Positions 1-8,874 of a stretch of DNA of 64,000 nt are shown here, one piece after another (positions within the stretch are counted from its first letter, which is position 1; each line of letters opens with the position of its first letter). The notes under the pieces were generated by a model. It did not search any database. It was not told the DNA's origin and was given only the letters and a program-made list of their open reading frames with translations. Both the position numbers and the translations under genes were made by a program. This stretch comes from Minisyncoccota bacterium (GTDB taxonomy: Bacteria; Patescibacteriota; Minisyncoccia; Phycocordibacterales; UBA9973): the NCBI GenBank assembly GCA_041664285.1, contig JBAYLA010000004.1, positions 3,171 to 67,170 on the forward strand, given 5' to 3'.

Positions 1-322
1 CACCATTAGCCGTCACTCCCCCTGCCCAAGAAGATTGTGTGAAGTTGTAAGTGTAAGCTTCAGCTACACTCGGAGTAAACAATTGTCCTAAGATAAAGAG
101 AAGAATAAAAACAGAAACAGAAATGTTTTTCAAGGTTTTGGCACAGAAAATTATCTTCAATAATTTTCTGTACTTCTTGTATTCTATTTTTGTTTTTTTA
201 ATTATCATTTTTTTGTTTATGTTACTTTTTAATTTTTCTAATTCTATTTTTATTTTTTGTATCATTTTTTTGTTTTCTTCTAATTTTGTTTCTAATTTGT
301 TTTTTAATATTCTCAGTTTCAT
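1..322 (-). CDS. Hypothetical membrane-anchored protein, N-terminal part; the gene runs off the window start
   Basis: Minus-strand reading frame is open for about 107 codons from an ATG (revcomp of 320-322) to position 1, with no stop despite very AT-rich DNA. It encodes a K/E-rich N-terminus followed by a hydrophobic segment ISVSVFILLFILGQLF and an AEA-type motif. It is missing from the ORF track only because its stop lies outside the window. Confidence 0.4.
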   Translation of the reverse strand, partial: MKLRILKNKLETKLEENKKMIQKIKIELEKLKSNINKKMIIKKTKIEYKKYRKLLKIIFCAKTLKNISVSVFILLFILGQLFTPSVAEAYTYNFTQSSWAGGVTANG

Positions 323-578
323 TTTCCCCCGATCCCAAAACTCCCACAAGGTTGATGGAATTTTGTCCGATAGTTTTATTAATTTGTTTTTAAATTGCAT
401 TATTTTAGTTTAGAAAATATTTTAAATTTTTTTTAAAAAAGTATTTTTTATTGGGTAGTAGAGAATTTTCACTTCTTCATTTACTTACTTAATTATAACA
501 AAAATGAACAACCAAAAACACGAAAAAACCTTTAAAATGGGGATAACTCGCCACAGGCGAGCAAGCTTTAAAATATTT

Positions 579-830
579 TTAATCCTTGAGAGAAATTACG
601 GGTACAATTCTAAATTTAGATTTCTTTTTTCGCGGGGCTACCTCCGACTTATCTCCAGACTTTATCTGGTTTATTATTTTTTCTATATCTTCTAATTGAT
701 AAACTCGATAGTTATTTATTGGGTTTCTAAAGGCAGACAATTTGCCATCCCTATCCCAATTTCGAAGAGTAAGCTTGGATACACCAAGCATTGATGAAGC
801 TTCTTTAATTGAAATTAATCTCTTTTCCAT
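579..830 (-). CDS. Helix-turn-helix DNA-binding protein, MerR/excisionase-type HTH
   Basis: 83 aa. The motif SIKEASSMLGVSKLTLRNWDRDGKL is typical of excisionase/MerR-family HTH_17 domains. Confidence 0.55.
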   Translation of the reverse strand: MEKRLISIKEASSMLGVSKLTLRNWDRDGKLSAFRNPINNYRVYQLEDIEKIINQIKSGDKSEVAPRKKKSKFRIVPVISLKD

Positions 831-933
831 ACATAAAGTATACCTTACTAAACATTAATAAACAATATTAAATGTGGATACAAAAGCAAAGAAAAAGCTT
901 GCTAAACATTACTAATAATAATAAAATAATAAT

Positions 934-1575
934 ATGGGAACAAAATTAATATATTTCGTAAGACATGGAGAAACAGCAAACAATGCCCTAGGTATCAGGC
1001 AAGGAGCGGAAGGTCCTCTAACAGAAAAAGGGAGAACTCAAGTTCTAGCCACAGCGAAGAGATTTCCAAAATATAAAGGATGTCCGCAAATTATTATCGC
1101 TAGTCCTTACGAACGTACTAAGGAAACAGCGTCAATTATCAGCAAGGAAATCGGTGTAAAAGTAGAATATTCCGAGCTCTTGACAGAAAGAAGAAACCCT
1201 GCTGAAGTAATTGGACGCTCTGGGAAAGACCCTGAAATCAGAAAAATCATCGATCGTATTGATAACAGTTATCATGCTGATGACCTACGATTTTCTGATG
1301 AGGAAAATTTTACTGACCTAAAAAAAAGAGCAAAGAAATTATTATCCTTCATTGAAAGAAGATGGCAAAAAAGAATCATTATGGTTACTCATAAAATTTT
1401 TCTAAAAATGGTGATCTCGTACATGATTTATGGAGAAAGCCTCACTGCTTCACAATACAATAATTTAAGTTATTTCAACCCAATAGAAAATGCGGGGATG
1501 GCTATTTGTTCCTATACTTCTCATTGGTTTAAAAAGGACGAATGGAAGCTCCTAGTTTGGAATGATTTAGAATAA
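934..1575 (+). CDS. Histidine phosphatase family protein, phosphoglycerate-mutase-like
   Basis: N-terminal RHGET catalytic motif (FVRHGETANN) with a second His region downstream. About 213 aa. Confidence 0.75.
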   Translation: MGTKLIYFVRHGETANNALGIRQGAEGPLTEKGRTQVLATAKRFPKYKGCPQIIIASPYERTKETASIISKEIGVKVEYSELLTERRNPAEVIGRSGKDPEIRKIIDRIDNSYHADDLRFSDEENFTDLKKRAKKLLSFIERRWQKRIIMVTHKIFLKMVISYMIYGESLTASQYNNLSYFNPIENAGMAICSYTSHWFKKDEWKLLVWNDLE

Positions 1576-1620
1576 AAAAAATTATAAATGATTAAAATCA
1601 AAATTTTTTGTAGTAATTTT

Positions 1621-2025
1621 CTACTTATTTAAATTTAAAAAAGTAATAGCAAATTGTAAGATAGTTGCAAAAGTCACCCAAAGTAAATATGGGATTTGAA
1701 TGTAAGTAACCCACTTAAAATATGGGTAGATAACTACCATCGCCCAAATGAGAGTAATTAAAACAAATGAAATATCAAGGGCTGCAAGAAAATTATTTTT
1801 AAGACCAAATTGAATATAAGTAAAAATAAAATTAAAAAATAAATTAAGAACAAATGGCAAAGCAACGATAAATGGAATTTGTTTTTGCCACACACTTAAA
1901 AAAACTTTTCCAAAAGAAACAGCAATCAAAATATAGAGCACACTCCAAACTGGACCAAAGAATGAAGAAGGTGGTGCCCAAGATGGTTTAATTAATTGTG
2001 AATACCAGTTATAAGTATTGTTCAT
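1621..2025 (-). CDS. TspO/MBR family tryptophan-rich membrane protein
   Basis: Motif PSWAPPSSFFGPVWSVLY and multiple Trp-containing TM segments characteristic of TspO/MBR. Confidence 0.65.
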   Translation of the reverse strand: MNNTYNWYSQLIKPSWAPPSSFFGPVWSVLYILIAVSFGKVFLSVWQKQIPFIVALPFVLNLFFNFIFTYIQFGLKNNFLAALDISFVLITLIWAMVVIYPYFKWVTYIQIPYLLWVTFATILQFAITFLNLNK

Positions 2026-2112
2026 AAAATTTGTTTCGTAGAAAATACTTTTTTAAAGATCTCCTCTTGTGCAATGTCGATCATTCAAAAAGTATTTTCT
2101 ACTTCACATACA

Positions 2113-2514
2113 TTAACTTATAATTTGAGTACAATGTGCACAACGCTTGGCAGTAATAGGGATCTCACTTAAACATTCACTGCATTTCTTAGTCGTTGGA
2201 TCTGCTGGTGGTTCTTTACGAGAACGAGAAATAAGAATGTTAATTGGTTTAATAACAAAAAAGAACACAGCTGTAGCCACAAGAATAAAGGAGATTAAAG
2301 TATTAAAGAAATGACCATACATAAACTTACTTCCATTAATAGTAAACATCAAACCACTGAAATCCGGCACTTTAGCAATAGCAGAGATAAAAGGAGTAAG
2401 TAGATCCGACACCAGGGCCGTCACCACACTACCAAAAGCGGCACCAATCACCACACCAACAGCTAAGTCTACAACATTCCCTCGAAGCAAAAATTGTTTA
2501 AATTCTTTTAGCAT
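2113..2514 (-). CDS. mscL: Large-conductance mechanosensitive channel MscL
   Basis: N-terminus MLKEFKQFLLRGNVVDLAVGVVIGAAFG is nearly identical to the MscL consensus. Two TM segments and a C-terminal helix. Confidence 0.85.
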   Translation of the reverse strand: MLKEFKQFLLRGNVVDLAVGVVIGAAFGSVVTALVSDLLTPFISAIAKVPDFSGLMFTINGSKFMYGHFFNTLISFILVATAVFFFVIKPINILISRSRKEPPADPTTKKCSECLSEIPITAKRCAHCTQIIS

Positions 2515-2528
2515 AAAAAATTATAATA

Positions 2529-2846
2529 TTATCTTATAATAAAACCATCAAGCCCGCCTGTGGGCTCTATCCACTTTATATTCACTTTTTCTACTTCGGC
2601 ATGGTCAGGACCATATTTGCACCATTCAATAAATTTTATTAAATCCTTATCTTCCCCTTCGGCTTCTATTTCTACTGTTCCATCTGTGGCATTTTTAGCC
2701 CAGCCGGATAAATTTAACCCTAGAGCCTCTGCCCGACTTGAATCACGAAAAAATACTCCTTGCACCTTTCCAGAAATTTTTACAAATGTTCGCTTTCGCA
2801 TAATATATATAATCTTACTTTTAAAGCCAGATTGCAATAGAAACAT
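2529..2846 (-). CDS. acyP: Acylphosphatase
   Basis: VQGVFFRDSSRAEALGLNLSGWAKNATDGTVEIEAEG is the acylphosphatase signature. The true start is probably the internal Met at nt 2801 (MRKRTF...), giving about 90 aa. Confidence 0.7.
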   Translation of the reverse strand: MFLLQSGFKSKIIYIMRKRTFVKISGKVQGVFFRDSSRAEALGLNLSGWAKNATDGTVEIEAEGEDKDLIKFIEWCKYGPDHAEVEKVNIKWIEPTGGLDGFIIR

Positions 2847-3171
2847 TGATATCTATCCCATCATAAAGGTTCTCTTCGTAACGGATTTGCTTTTTCAGTG
2901 GCAAAATATAAGTGGTAGAATGTCTGTCAGGGAAAACAGAAGTCACCCATTCACTTTTCCCCACTTTCGCTTTCGCATAAATTGCACCCCAACCACGCCT
3001 TAATCTTCCCTTCTGCATATCTTTAATTTTTGCTGAAATATCTTCAGGCACCCGAGCAAAACGCCATAGCCCACTATCATCTTTGTCTTGATATCCTTCT
3101 TTCCAAACAATCACCTTGCTTTTAAATTTAAATTTCTTTTCAACTCTACATTTACCAATTCGAGTTTTCAT
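2821..3171 (-). CDS. DUF1905-like domain protein
   Basis: Pattern W.F..VPE...........G....V....V....W.TS..P........LP.K fits my recollection of DUF1905. Pattern-level only. Confidence 0.45.
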   Translation of the reverse strand: MKTRIGKCRVEKKFKFKSKVIVWKEGYQDKDDSGLWRFARVPEDISAKIKDMQKGRLRRGWGAIYAKAKVGKSEWVTSVFPDRHSTTYILPLKKQIRYEENLYDGIDINVSIAIWL

Positions 3172-3199
3172 TTTTTTATTTATGCTATAATCAAATTAT

Positions 3200-3499
3200 A
3201 TGATACTTACATTTTTACGTTCGTTTCGTATCGGACCTTTTGCAATATTTGATTTTGCAGTTGCATATATTGCAGTGTATTTTATCGCTCCTTATTTGTC
3301 AAAACTTTTTGCTCTAGTTGGTATCCATGTTAATCGAGAGCAGTGGCTATGGCTCACTTTACCAATAGCCGTAGTTGCTCACCTAATCTTTAAAGCTGAT
3401 ACGCCGTTCACTAAAATGATTCTGAATCCGTCTGGTGATTGGATACCAAAATTAATTATTATAGGCATGTTAATTATGGCTTACGTTTATCGAAGTTAG
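3200..3499 (+). CDS. Hypothetical small membrane protein
   Basis: 99 aa with 2-3 hydrophobic segments. No recognisable motif. Confidence 0.35.
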   Translation: MILTFLRSFRIGPFAIFDFAVAYIAVYFIAPYLSKLFALVGIHVNREQWLWLTLPIAVVAHLIFKADTPFTKMILNPSGDWIPKLIIIGMLIMAYVYRS

Positions 3500-3503
3500 T
3501 CAA

Positions 3504-3788
3504 TTACACTAGTTTTTTGAGTTCGTCTTCGTATTTTTTCATTACCTCCATGCCAGCGTCCATCTGACTTATTCCACCTTTTACTTTCTCTTGTATTTCT
3601 GTGGCAATAGTTTTAAAAAGCTCGGGATTTTTCTCAATCATTGTGATAAACATCTCAATCTGAGCTTCTGGCACGCCTTGTGTCCGAAGCATTTTTTTAA
3701 GTAAAAAGTTTTGAAACATCCGAAGATTATAACATAAAAAACAATAAATCAAACTTTTTCCGGTACAGATTTTTTTAAGCTTAAACAA
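3504..3788 (-). CDS. Hypothetical protein
   Basis: 94-aa ORF. The N-terminal 23 aa look non-genuine, so the real start may be the internal Met (MFQNFLL...). The C-terminal part is helical and charged. Confidence 0.3.
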   Translation of the reverse strand: MFKLKKICTGKSLIYCFLCYNLRMFQNFLLKKMLRTQGVPEAQIEMFITMIEKNPELFKTIATEIQEKVKGGISQMDAGMEVMKKYEDELKKLV

Positions 3789-3903
3789 TCTCTTCGAGTC
3801 TGAGGCTCTCAGAGCCGAAGGCCTGAAGTTCTCGGCTCGCCAGACTCGAAACCCCTTTAAAAGTCTATTTATTGTTTTTTAAAACTACTCTAAAATTATT
3901 AAT

Positions 3904-4785
3904 TTACCAAGAACCACTCGAGCCACCACCACCAGAAGATCCTCCTCCAAAACCACCAAATCCGCCTCCGCCACCAATACCTCCACTCCCCCCACCAAAC
4001 CACCAAGGGTAATGACCTGATGTTTGTTTTTGGGTATAAGCTTTAGAAACTAAAAAGTCAAAAAGTAATCCTAACCCAATAAATAAAAAGATAATCGGAA
4101 CTGCCAACAAAAGCGAAGAAATAAAGAAATGCCAAATAACCAAAGCGATACCTCCACCCAAAACTCCTCCATGCCACCAAGACTTTGATCGTCCTAAAAT
4201 AGCAGCCAGGATTTGAAAAACAACAAATACTATAAAGAAAATAAACTCCCATGGCAATTTAGGCATAGATTGCGTGACGGAATAATTCTCTGGCACAATA
4301 TTACTACCTTCAAGGGAGATAATAATTTTATCTATAGCACCATTTATGCCTTCATAATAATTACTTTTTTTAAATGCCGGAGTGATAATGTCTTGCTGAA
4401 TATAAGAAGTAGCCAAATCAGGCAAATCTCCTTCCACTCCATATCCAGTATGGATTCTAGTTTTTCGGTCTGACAAGGCAACAAGGAGTAAAACTCCATT
4501 ATTTTTTTCTTTCTTCCCTATGCCCCATTTAGTAAAGATCTCTTGCGCTAAGTTTTCTATCACCTCACCATCCAAAGACGGTATCATCACCACAGCTATT
4601 TCATTGGTGGTACTTTTTTCAAATGCTTCCAGTTTCGTTTCAAGTAGAGCAATCTGTTCCTGTGAAAGCATGCCCGCGTAATCCTGCACGAAGCCAGTTG
4701 GTTTCGCAGGAATATCAAAAGCCAGTACAGAAAAAGGTAAAAAGAAAAAAACAAATAGCAATAATTTAGATATAAAATGAGGCAT
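3904..4785 (-). CDS. TPM-domain (TLP18.3/Psb32/MOLO-1) putative phosphatase with TM segments and a Gly-rich C-terminal tail
   Basis: Signal/TM segment, then a TPM fold region (LLETKLEAFEKSTTNEIAVVMIPSLDGEVIE...), TM helices and a GGSGGIGGGGGFGGFGGG tail. Lies immediately downstream of LemA, a known pairing. Confidence 0.75.
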   Translation of the reverse strand: MPHFISKLLLFVFFFLPFSVLAFDIPAKPTGFVQDYAGMLSQEQIALLETKLEAFEKSTTNEIAVVMIPSLDGEVIENLAQEIFTKWGIGKKEKNNGVLLLVALSDRKTRIHTGYGVEGDLPDLATSYIQQDIITPAFKKSNYYEGINGAIDKIIISLEGSNIVPENYSVTQSMPKLPWEFIFFIVFVVFQILAAILGRSKSWWHGGVLGGGIALVIWHFFISSLLLAVPIIFLFIGLGLLFDFLVSKAYTQKQTSGHYPWWFGGGSGGIGGGGGFGGFGGGSSGGGGSSGSW

Positions 4786-4811
4786 AAAATTCGGAGAGAT
4801 TCTGTAAAAAA

Positions 4812-5396
4812 TTAATTTACAAAATCAACTTTCGGTGCTGTTTGATTCTCGGTTGGAACATTAAAGTATGCTTTTTCAGTAAAACCAAAAATGCTTGCGA
4901 CTGCTGAAGTTGGAAAAGTTTTAATATTTGTATCAAATATACGAACTAAATCATTATATTTCTGTCTTTCTACGGTAATGCGATTTTCAGTTCCTTCAAG
5001 CGAAACTATAAGGTCACGATAGGCTTGAGAAGATTGAAGAACAGGATAATTTTCAGCAATTACTAAAAGACGGCCAAGAGCAGACTCTACTTGGGTTGCT
5101 GCTTGTGCTTTCTCGTCAGGGGTGGTAGCGCCAGAATATCGTGTTCGAGCATCAGCAATAGCTCCAAAAACGTCTTGCTCTTGCTTGGCTACTCCTTTAA
5201 CTGTATTTACAATATTAGGGATGAGGTCAAAACGTCTTTGATATTGATTTTCTACTTGAGCCCATTGCGCGGTTATTTGCTCACTTTGAGTAACAAAACC
5301 ATTATATTTAGAAACTCCCCAAAAAATAAATAATAAAACAATTACCAAAACAATAATCCACTTCATGTTCTTTTTAAAGAAATTTTCTTCTTGCAT
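4812..5396 (-). CDS. lemA: LemA family protein
   Basis: N-terminal TM then WAQVENQYQRRFDLIPNIVNTVKGVAKQE....LLVIAENYPVLQSSQAYRDLIVSLEGTENRITVERQKYN, a canonical LemA pattern. Confidence 0.8.
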   Translation of the reverse strand: MQEENFFKKNMKWIIVLVIVLLFIFWGVSKYNGFVTQSEQITAQWAQVENQYQRRFDLIPNIVNTVKGVAKQEQDVFGAIADARTRYSGATTPDEKAQAATQVESALGRLLVIAENYPVLQSSQAYRDLIVSLEGTENRITVERQKYNDLVRIFDTNIKTFPTSAVASIFGFTEKAYFNVPTENQTAPKVDFVN

Positions 5397-5449
5397 ATTA
5401 TTGGTTTAAAGTTATTCGAATAATAAATTATTATAGCACATATTGTATT

Positions 5450-5674
5450 TCAACACACCACTAAAAGCTTGCTCGGATGTCTATGTCCATTTACAATACG
5501 AACCCTTGTAACAGGGACTTTAAAATACTCTGCCACTAATTTTAAGACCCGAGTATTCGCTTCATTTCTTTGCGCTTTTTCTTTAACTGAAACTTCAAAA
5601 GAATCTTCACTTTTTTTTACGAAAGATTCTTTTTTTACCCCCGCAGAAACTTTAACGTGAATATAATTAGCCAA
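5450..5674 (-). CDS. DUF167/YggU family protein
   Basis: 74 aa. VKVSAGVKKESF...FEVSVKEKAQRNEANTRVLKLVAEYFKVPVTRVRIVNGHRHPSKLL matches the YggU (UPF0235) pattern. Confidence 0.6.
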   Translation of the reverse strand: MANYIHVKVSAGVKKESFVKKSEDSFEVSVKEKAQRNEANTRVLKLVAEYFKVPVTRVRIVNGHRHPSKLLVVC

Positions 5675-5679
5675 TTTAA

Positions 5680-6078
5680 TTAACCTAAGAAAAATAAATA
5701 AATACCCATAATGATTGCCACAGCGCCATAAATACCGAAAGATTTACGGAATTTTGCTACGACCATTTTGTTTAATGCTTGAGGGAAAAGAATGTAACTC
5801 AAACCTTTTAGCATAGTAATCCAAGCGAAAATCGTTATTATAACTTTCCAAGTTCCATCCCAGATATTGTATTGAACTAAATACATTGATGACAAGAAAA
5901 TCAAAATCACTCCAGTTAAATAAACAATCGCTGGATGATCAAAAAAATCTTTAAGTAAATGTGGAACTGTCTTGCCCTTAAAGATAAGAAACAAACCACT
6001 CACTATTAAATAAATTCCTAATATTTTTGCAACTAAAATTGTAAAATCCATATAGTTTAATAAAATTAAACCACGCAA
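5680..6078 (-). CDS. Hypothetical membrane protein
   Basis: 132 aa with four hydrophobic helices. No motif recognised. Confidence 0.4.
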   Translation of the reverse strand: MRGLILLNYMDFTILVAKILGIYLIVSGLFLIFKGKTVPHLLKDFFDHPAIVYLTGVILIFLSSMYLVQYNIWDGTWKVIITIFAWITMLKGLSYILFPQALNKMVVAKFRKSFGIYGAVAIIMGIYLFFLG

Positions 6079-6144
6079 CGACTATTAAAACGTGGTGTTA
6101 GTTATTTAATAATATATTAATTATAAACCCAACCAAAAAAATAG

Positions 6145-7122
6145 CTACTCTGTTAACCCGCATTTTGTTTTAAGTGCTGATAAATCTGTATCAGAAAGAA
6201 TCAGGCTCGTACCTTGATTAAGCTCATACATTATTGCCTTCGGATCATCTATATGGTCTAAATGAAGAGCGTGGCCAAGCTCGTGCGCGAGTACTCGCAC
6301 GAGCTTGGCCCGACTACTAAATTCATAAATATCTATTTCTCTATTTAACCCATTCTCTATATAAACCCCCTCTTCAAAGCTCTCTCCCCGTGAACCATTA
6401 ACTGTGTTGTATTGATCCACTGATATATTTAGCATGGCAACTAAACGATTAAGTGCCACCACTAACGCATTTATCTCATCCACCATAGCATTAATTCTAA
6501 CTTGTTCAGCTTGTAACTCTGACGCTTCTTGTTTTAATGATGCTTTTTCAGCTTGAAGTTTATCATATTCCTCTTGGGGTGCCCCACCTTTTTTATTCCA
6601 GAAGTTCACCTCTGTTTCATAAGTTTGTTGTTTTCGATTAAAAGCATCTATTTGTGAATTTAGGGCGCTTTTTTCTGTTTTATATTTTGCTTGCAAAGTT
6701 GTAAATTTTTCTTTCAACATATCATAAGAAGCTCTGTCATTTTTTACAGTAATACCAAGACTCGCTAATTTACTCGTAGCTTGTTGTCGATAATCATAAA
6801 TTAAATTAATTTTCAGAACATTGTTAGACGAACTCTCTGGTAAATAAACAAAAAGATTTTTCCCAAAAGGCTGCTCCCAAATAGCTTCCGCGTCTCTAAG
6901 AGCACTTAAAAAATAACTTTTTGAAATATTAAACTGTAGATCAAAAGTGCCAAGAGTATATGGTATCGGCTCGGAACAAGGAACTTCTAGAAAAATTCTA
7001 TTAAAATTACTTTTTAAATTATCTAAAAAAGAAATAGACTGCGTATTGAGCGGAATCCTAAATTGATATATAAAAACTCCAATAATGACAAGTAGAATAG
7101 AAAATTTTAAAATTTTTTTCAT
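6145..7122 (-). CDS. Membrane-anchored metzincin-type zinc metalloprotease (matrixin-like) with a coiled-coil region
   Basis: C-terminal VLAHELGHALHLDH is a HExxHxxGxxH zincin motif followed by a Met-turn region (IMYE). N-terminal TM. The central region is Q/K/E-rich and helical. Confidence 0.6.
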   Translation of the reverse strand: MKKILKFSILLVIIGVFIYQFRIPLNTQSISFLDNLKSNFNRIFLEVPCSEPIPYTLGTFDLQFNISKSYFLSALRDAEAIWEQPFGKNLFVYLPESSSNNVLKINLIYDYRQQATSKLASLGITVKNDRASYDMLKEKFTTLQAKYKTEKSALNSQIDAFNRKQQTYETEVNFWNKKGGAPQEEYDKLQAEKASLKQEASELQAEQVRINAMVDEINALVVALNRLVAMLNISVDQYNTVNGSRGESFEEGVYIENGLNREIDIYEFSSRAKLVRVLAHELGHALHLDHIDDPKAIMYELNQGTSLILSDTDLSALKTKCGLTE

Positions 7123-7123
7123 T

Positions 7124-8866
7124 TTAGAGTTCTTCTTGCGAAGGAGCGATAATTTTTGCCCGCCAGAACTTAGTATTAATAGTTTTCGCTAAATCTTTTA
7201 ATTCTTCATTCTTGAGCAAATATAAAACAACAATAGCCGCCATAATACCTAAAATTCCAGAAATAAACCCTTGCAAAAACACGCCCCAAAAAGTGGTCGT
7301 ACCAAAAATTGGAGAAAGAATATTTAAACTTAAATAAGCTACTATCCCTAGAAAAAATGATGCTCCTAAACTTTGAAAAAAAGTCTTATTGATAAAAGGT
7401 TCATGCGGCATAAAGTCTTTCTTTATAAAAATCCATTGTAAAATAAAATTTAAAATAGTTCCGACAGAATACGCAAGTGGAAGCATTAATACTTCAGTCC
7501 CATCAATATCATTCACTTTCAATATTGATTCTATGAAAAAACGAAAAGTCTGTATATTTTCAAAAAGATGGATAAATACATAAGCTAAAATTATAATTAA
7601 GACGGAACAAGAAAAATTTACAATAAGGGGACGTTTGGTATTGCCAGTTGCATAATAACTCCGAGAAAGCAAAGTAATCATTCCCTGAGCAAGAATAGAA
7701 ACAGAGAAAATGGCGAGAGAAGCTGCGACCAGGCGAGTATTGTCCCAAGAAAAAGATCCGGAACCGAGAATCACACGCACAATCTGTGCACGAAGAACAA
7801 TAAAGAGAAATATGACCGGAAGAGACCAAAAGACAATGGCTCGTGACGCCTCTTTTAAATGTTTTTTAAATTCTTCTGTTTTACCACCACTAAAAGATTT
7901 GGCTAAGGTCGGAAAAGCCGCCACTGCATAAGATATGCCAATAATATTAAGTGGTACTGACTGAAGATTGAATGAAAAATTAAAGATTGAGATAGAACCA
8001 CTTTTTAAAAAGGACGCCATCGCTATAATAAAAATAAGTGCAAAATTGTTAAAAGCTAAACCTAAAGTCCGAGGAAGCGACGTCAAAACAGTACTTTTAA
8101 TATCTTTAAAATTAATTGCGAAAGGAAAAAAGGTCTTACCAGCCGTATTACGGCTGAAAGAGAATTTTGGGGTAAAACCACAAGAACGTGCTGCAAAAAA
8201 TTGCACACCAAAATGCATCAAGGCTCCCAGCGCCACGCCAAATGCTAATCCATCAATTTCAAAAACTGGATAAAGAAATATAACACCAATAATAATTCCT
8301 AAATTATAAAAAATTGGACTTAAGGAATAAATAAAAAACTTACGAAAAAGTTGCGTCACTGTTCCAAAAAGATTAGATAAGCCCATTAATATAGGCGAGA
8401 GCAACATTATCCGTGAAAGTAAAATCACTTTCGCTTGATAAGGTGAATCAAAACCTGGAGCAATAAAAGATATTAAATATGGCATAAGAAAAAATGCCAC
8501 TAGGGAAACAAGCACCATAAAAGAAAAGAAAACAGTAAAAACATCATTTAAATATTTTTGAGCTGTTTCGGACACCTTATTATCCCCATTCCCCACAGCT
8601 GATTGATGAGCAGGCATTTTAGCTACTATAAAAGGAATGAGCACCGTAATAGAAGCCAGAGATGCTATGGAAATAAAAATTAAATCTGGTACACGAAAAG
8701 CCGCATAATAAGCATCAAGTGATGGAGAAGGTCCAATAAAATGTGCAATAGAACGATCACGAAAAAGTGCCAAAATCTGAGAAAGTAAAGTAAAAGAACC
8801 CAAAAGAATAGCGGCCTGATTTATACTCCCAGATTCTTTGGTAAAGATTTTTAAAATTTTTTCCAT
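7124..8866 (-). CDS. murJ: Lipid II flippase MurJ/MviN
   Basis: 580 aa polytopic membrane protein. The N-terminus SINQAAILLGSFTLLSQILALFRDRSIAHFIG matches MurJ. Confidence 0.8.
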   Translation of the reverse strand: MEKILKIFTKESGSINQAAILLGSFTLLSQILALFRDRSIAHFIGPSPSLDAYYAAFRVPDLIFISIASLASITVLIPFIVAKMPAHQSAVGNGDNKVSETAQKYLNDVFTVFFSFMVLVSLVAFFLMPYLISFIAPGFDSPYQAKVILLSRIMLLSPILMGLSNLFGTVTQLFRKFFIYSLSPIFYNLGIIIGVIFLYPVFEIDGLAFGVALGALMHFGVQFFAARSCGFTPKFSFSRNTAGKTFFPFAINFKDIKSTVLTSLPRTLGLAFNNFALIFIIAMASFLKSGSISIFNFSFNLQSVPLNIIGISYAVAAFPTLAKSFSGGKTEEFKKHLKEASRAIVFWSLPVIFLFIVLRAQIVRVILGSGSFSWDNTRLVAASLAIFSVSILAQGMITLLSRSYYATGNTKRPLIVNFSCSVLIIILAYVFIHLFENIQTFRFFIESILKVNDIDGTEVLMLPLAYSVGTILNFILQWIFIKKDFMPHEPFINKTFFQSLGASFFLGIVAYLSLNILSPIFGTTTFWGVFLQGFISGILGIMAAIVVLYLLKNEELKDLAKTINTKFWRAKIIAPSQEEL

Positions 8867-8874
8867 TTTTACAA

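Noticed and set aside
123-413. 96-aa + strand ORF (MFFKVLAQKIIFNNF...) from the ORF track
   Set aside because: Extremely low-complexity F/I/L-rich translation of AT-rich DNA. It overlaps an opposite-strand reading frame that stays open for over 100 codons to the window edge and has a plausible TM/signal segment. I judge the + strand ORF spurious.
504-695. 63-aa + strand ORF overlapping the HTH gene
   Set aside because: Antisense overlap with a well-supported HTH-domain ORF. No motif, short, AT-rich.
6070-6110. Possible terminator hairpin (accacg...cgtggt) downstream of the metalloprotease gene
   Set aside because: Only a 6-bp stem with a 15-nt loop. Too weak to call without more evidence.
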